Positions 30,017 through 33,457 of a stretch of 33,457 nucleotides of DNA are shown in pieces; positions within the stretch are counted from its first letter, which is position 1; each line of letters starts with the position of its first letter. A model generated the notes under the pieces. That model saw only the letters and a list, made by a program, of their open reading frames with translations, made no database searches and was not told where the DNA came from. The DNA is from Acidaminococcaceae bacterium (lineage in GTDB: Bacteria; Bacillota; Negativicutes; Acidaminococcales; Acidaminococcaceae): NCBI GenBank assembly GCA_003512125.1, contig DOSQ01000153.1, forward strand, positions 1 through 33,457, written 5' to 3'. Position numbers and translations under genes: made by a program.

Positions 30017-32070
30017 TGAAAAAATTATTGTTTGAAATCGGAACGGAAGAATTGCCGGCGAATTATATGCCGAATATTTTAAAAGACCTGAAAGAGCTGG
30101 CAGTAAAAAAACTGCAGGATGCCCGGGTGCCATTTGCTGATGTAACCGTCCTGGGTACGCCCCGCCGTCTCGCCGTTCTTGTTGACGGAGTGGAAGAAAC
30201 TCAGGCTGACAGTACGGAAGAATTCAAGGGCCCGGCTGTGAAGATTGCCTTTAAGGACGGGGAACCTACCAAAGCGGCCCAGGGCTTTGCCCGTGGCAAA
30301 GGCGTGGATGTGAAAGATCTGGTTGTACGGGATAATTATATTTATGCGGTTAAACATACCCAGGGCCGTGTCACTGCAGAACTGCTGCCAAATGTTCTGC
30401 AGGAGATCCTGACAAACATCCCGTTCCCCAACCATATGCGCTGGGCAGACTTTGATTTTCGTTTCCTGCGCCCTATCCGCTGGCTTGTTGCATTGTTCGG
30501 TACAGAAGTGGTGCCCGTTTCGGTTACGGATATTCAGTCTGACCGTTATACCATGGGGCACCGTTTCCTGAGCAACCGGAAAATCGAAATCCCGGTTGCT
30601 GATGATTACGAAAAAGTGTTGGAAGAAAATTTTGTCCTTGCAGACCAGGATAAGCGCCGGGAGATGATCCGGCAGCAGATTACCGAGCTGGCAAGAGAAG
30701 AAGGCGGCGATATTGAAATTGCACCTGACCTGTTGGAAGAAGTAAACTATCTGGTAGAATATCCCACACCATTATGCGGAACGTTTGAAGAAAAATATCT
30801 GGCCCTGCCGGAAGCCGCCATTATCACCCCCATGCGGGACCATCAGCGGTATTTCCCGGTACGCGGCAAAGACGGCAAACTGCTGAACAAGTTTATTGCT
30901 GTCCGTAACGGCGGCAAAGCATTTCTGGAGAATGTGACCCATGGCAATGAACGGGTATTGCGTGCCCGCTTAAGTGATGCGGAATTCTTCTTTAACGAAG
31001 ACCGCAAACAGAAACTGGAAGCGTACGAAGAGAAGATCAAAACAGTTGTGTTCCAGGAAGGTCTGGGCAATATGTACGATAAGAGTCAGCGCCTGATCCG
31101 GCTGGTAGAGATGCTTCATTTCGGTCAGCAGAGCCGGTTGTCGCTGGATGATCTGAAACGGGCTGCCCGCCTGTGCAAGTGCGACCTGGTTACCGGCATG
31201 GTTACAGAATTTACGGAACTGCAGGGTGTCATGGGACGGGAGTATGCGCGTCTGGATGGAGAAAAAGAAGGGATTTGTGAAGGTATCTTTGAACATTATC
31301 TGCCCCGTTTTGCCGGCGATGTGCTGCCCAAAACAGAAATCGGCCGGATCCTTGGTATTGCAGACAAGGTGGATAACATTGTAGCTACGTTCAGCAGGGG
31401 GAAGGCGCCCACCGGTTCCCAGGATCCTTTCGCACTGCGTCGTCAGGCTCTGGGTATCATCAATATTCTGTTGGAAAGCAAAATGAATTTGGACATGGCG
31501 AAGGTTGTAGGGGCATCTATCCTGCTTCTTAAAGTTCCCATGGAAAATATTAAAGAACTGGCAAAACAGATTCTTGACTTTATTAAGCTGCGCTTCCGTA
31601 ACCTGATGCTGGATCAGAAGATCCGGTACGACGTGATCGATGCCGTGCTGGCCGATGAGCGCAACAATAATCTGTACGATCTGTATCTGCGGGCACAGGC
31701 GCTGAATGAATATGTTGCAGGTGACAAAGCGGCGGATATGATTCAGGCGGCTACCCGTGTCAACAATCTCAGCAGCAAAGCGGAAGCAGAAGAGCCGATT
31801 CATGAAGGGCTGTTTAAAGAACAGGCGGAAAAGGACTTATATGCGGTTGTGAAGAAACTGGATACCGGGATGATCCCGCTGATGGTGCGCTGCGATTATG
31901 CAGGCGCGCTGAATATCCTCAGCGAACTGAACGCTCCGGTAAATAAGTTCTTTGACGATGTCATGGTAATGGATAAAGATGAGGCAATCAGAAATAACCG
32001 CTTGTCTTTGTTGTGTCTGGTGAAAGACCTGGTAAATGGTGTAGGAGATCTTTCCAAAATTGTCATGTGA
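30016..32070 (+). CDS. glyS: Glycine--tRNA ligase beta subunit
   Basis: LLFEIGTEELP, TPRRLA, GNERVLRARL-x-DA, EFTELQG and DPFALRR motifs; ATG at 30016 overlaps the glyQ stop (TAATG) after GGAGG. Confidence 0.98.
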   Translation: MKKLLFEIGTEELPANYMPNILKDLKELAVKKLQDARVPFADVTVLGTPRRLAVLVDGVEETQADSTEEFKGPAVKIAFKDGEPTKAAQGFARGKGVDVKDLVVRDNYIYAVKHTQGRVTAELLPNVLQEILTNIPFPNHMRWADFDFRFLRPIRWLVALFGTEVVPVSVTDIQSDRYTMGHRFLSNRKIEIPVADDYEKVLEENFVLADQDKRREMIRQQITELAREEGGDIEIAPDLLEEVNYLVEYPTPLCGTFEEKYLALPEAAIITPMRDHQRYFPVRGKDGKLLNKFIAVRNGGKAFLENVTHGNERVLRARLSDAEFFFNEDRKQKLEAYEEKIKTVVFQEGLGNMYDKSQRLIRLVEMLHFGQQSRLSLDDLKRAARLCKCDLVTGMVTEFTELQGVMGREYARLDGEKEGICEGIFEHYLPRFAGDVLPKTEIGRILGIADKVDNIVATFSRGKAPTGSQDPFALRRQALGIINILLESKMNLDMAKVVGASILLLKVPMENIKELAKQILDFIKLRFRNLMLDQKIRYDVIDAVLADERNNNLYDLYLRAQALNEYVAGDKAADMIQAATRVNNLSSKAEAEEPIHEGLFKEQAEKDLYAVVKKLDTGMIPLMVRCDYAGALNILSELNAPVNKFFDDVMVMDKDEAIRNNRLSLLCLVKDLVNGVGDLSKIVM

Positions 32071-32127
32071 TTTCAGGCCGGTTATATCACGGGTGTGACT
32101 GCGCGCAAAGATTTCCAAGAAACGACC

Positions 32128-32156
32128 TTGAATATCTGATAGAAGAATGGTATAGT
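32128..32156 (+). promoter_or_regulatory. Sigma70/SigA promoter of ppsA
   Basis: TTGAAT-N17-TATAGT with TG extension. Confidence 0.7.
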
Positions 32157-32223
32157 ATATACTAAATAGGGGAATAATCTCACTTTGTGTGTACAATAAA
32201 AATTTTTAAAAGGAGTGGCATTT

Positions 32224-33457
32224 ATGGAGAAAGAAAAAGAGTATCTCTTGTGGTTCGAACAGATGGAGCGCAAAGATGTGGCCATTGTAGGCGGTAAATC
32301 TTCTTCTTTGGGAGAAATGACTGCCAAAACAGATGTTCCGGTACCCTATGGGTATGCAACCACTGCGTATGCGTATCGTTATTTCATTGAGAAAACCGGC
32401 CTGAAACAGAAAATGGCTGACTTGATCGCCCAGCTGACTGATGTGGAAAACACTGCTCTGCTGCGGGATATCAGCGCCAAACTGCGTAAAGCCATTATGG
32501 ATGAAGAAATGCCAAAGGATTTGCAGGCTGCTATCACGAAAGCCTATAAAGAACTGGGCAAAAAAGTTGGTGAGAAAGAACCGTATGTGGCCGTTCGGTC
32601 CAGCGCTACTGCGGAAGACTTGCCGGATGCCAGCTTTGCCGGGCAGCAGGATACCTACCTGAACGTCCAGGGCGCCAAGATGATTATTCAGAAAGTAAAG
32701 GAATGCTATGCTTCCTGCTTCACCGACCGTGCCGTGTACTATCGTGAGAAACAGGGCTTTGACCATCTGGACGTGGCATTGTCCGCTGTTATTCAGATGA
32801 TGGTATATTCCAAGGCTGCCGGTGTTATGTTCACAGTTAACGTAGCTGACGGCGATGATAAGAATGTATTGATCGAAGGCGCTTACGGCCTGGGCGAATA
32901 TGTGGTACAGGGAACCGTGACCCCGGATGATTATCTGGTTTCCAAAGATAAGTTGGAAATTCTGGAAAAGACGGTTAATCCCCAGGAAGTAAAACTGATC
33001 CGCAAACCGGGCGGCGATGTGGAAGAAGTTCCTGTTCCTAAGGAAGAGGGAGAAGCCCAGAAGCTGACAGATGAGCAGATTAAAGAGCTGGCTGGCTATG
33101 CACTGAAAATTGAAAAGCATTACGGTTGCTATATGGATATGGAATGGGGTATTGACGAGCGGGACAATAAAATCTGGATCCTGCAGGCCCGTCCGGAAAC
33201 CGTATGGAGCCGCCGCAAGGCAAAAGAAACTGCCAAAGCGGAAGAGAAGGGAGCGGTTACTACGGACAGAAAAGTTATTGTAAAAGGCGCGCCGGCAAGT
33301 CCCGGACAGGTTTCCGGCAAGGCACACGTAATTTTGGATCCGTCCATGATCGATGAATTCAAACAGGGCGAAATTCTGGTAACGGAAATGACGGCTCCTG
33401 ACTGGGTTCCGGCGATGAAAAAAGCAAAGGCTATCGTAACGGACAGCGGCGGCATGA
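32224..33457 (+). CDS. ppsA: Phosphoenolpyruvate synthase (pyruvate, water dikinase), 5' part (runs off window end)
   Basis: Not in the ORF track. AAGGAG RBS and ATG 32224 give MEKEKEYLLWF...VGGKSSSLGEM...VAVRSSATAEDLPDASFAGQQDTYLNV...ILQARPETVWS...ILVTEMTAPDWVP...IVTDSGG. Confidence 0.96.
   Translation, partial: MEKEKEYLLWFEQMERKDVAIVGGKSSSLGEMTAKTDVPVPYGYATTAYAYRYFIEKTGLKQKMADLIAQLTDVENTALLRDISAKLRKAIMDEEMPKDLQAAITKAYKELGKKVGEKEPYVAVRSSATAEDLPDASFAGQQDTYLNVQGAKMIIQKVKECYASCFTDRAVYYREKQGFDHLDVALSAVIQMMVYSKAAGVMFTVNVADGDDKNVLIEGAYGLGEYVVQGTVTPDDYLVSKDKLEILEKTVNPQEVKLIRKPGGDVEEVPVPKEEGEAQKLTDEQIKELAGYALKIEKHYGCYMDMEWGIDERDNKIWILQARPETVWSRRKAKETAKAEEKGAVTTDRKVIVKGAPASPGQVSGKAHVILDPSMIDEFKQGEILVTEMTAPDWVPAMKKAKAIVTDSGGM

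Noticed and set aside
32206..33327. 373-aa minus-strand ORF
   Set aside because: Antisense shadow of ppsA, which the ORF track omits because its stop lies outside the window.

Overview
Chromosomal window from an anaerobic Bacillota genome; gene content and order suggest Negativicutes (inference). It runs from the 3' end of pckA to the 5' part of ppsA. Positions ~620-11850 are an accessory-looking block: three predicted exported proteins, an in-frame 3' gene relic, a LUD/LutC-like protein, an Rrf2 regulator, an amidohydrolase, two tandem paralogous P-loop GTPases, an internally duplicated DUF1538 membrane protein followed by a tandem PII-like protein, and a convergent Fe-S aldo/keto reductase. 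Positions ~12100-33457 are housekeeping genes: yebC-ruvC-ruvA-ruvB-queH-spoIID/lytB-queA-tgt-yajC-5-formylTHF cyclo-ligase-secD-secF-cyclophilin-phoH-ybeY::cdd-era-hemolysin/CBS-recO, a Gly T-box, glyQ-glyS and ppsA. The best candidates for an uncharacterised system are the DUF1538/double-PII module and the adjacent GTPase pair. Other oddities are a YbeY-cytidine deaminase fusion with an internal RBS and a SpoIID/LytB homologue that appears to lack its catalytic glutamate. I saw no rRNA, tRNA, CRISPR array or mobile element. Family assignments come from motif recognition by eye, not database searches.
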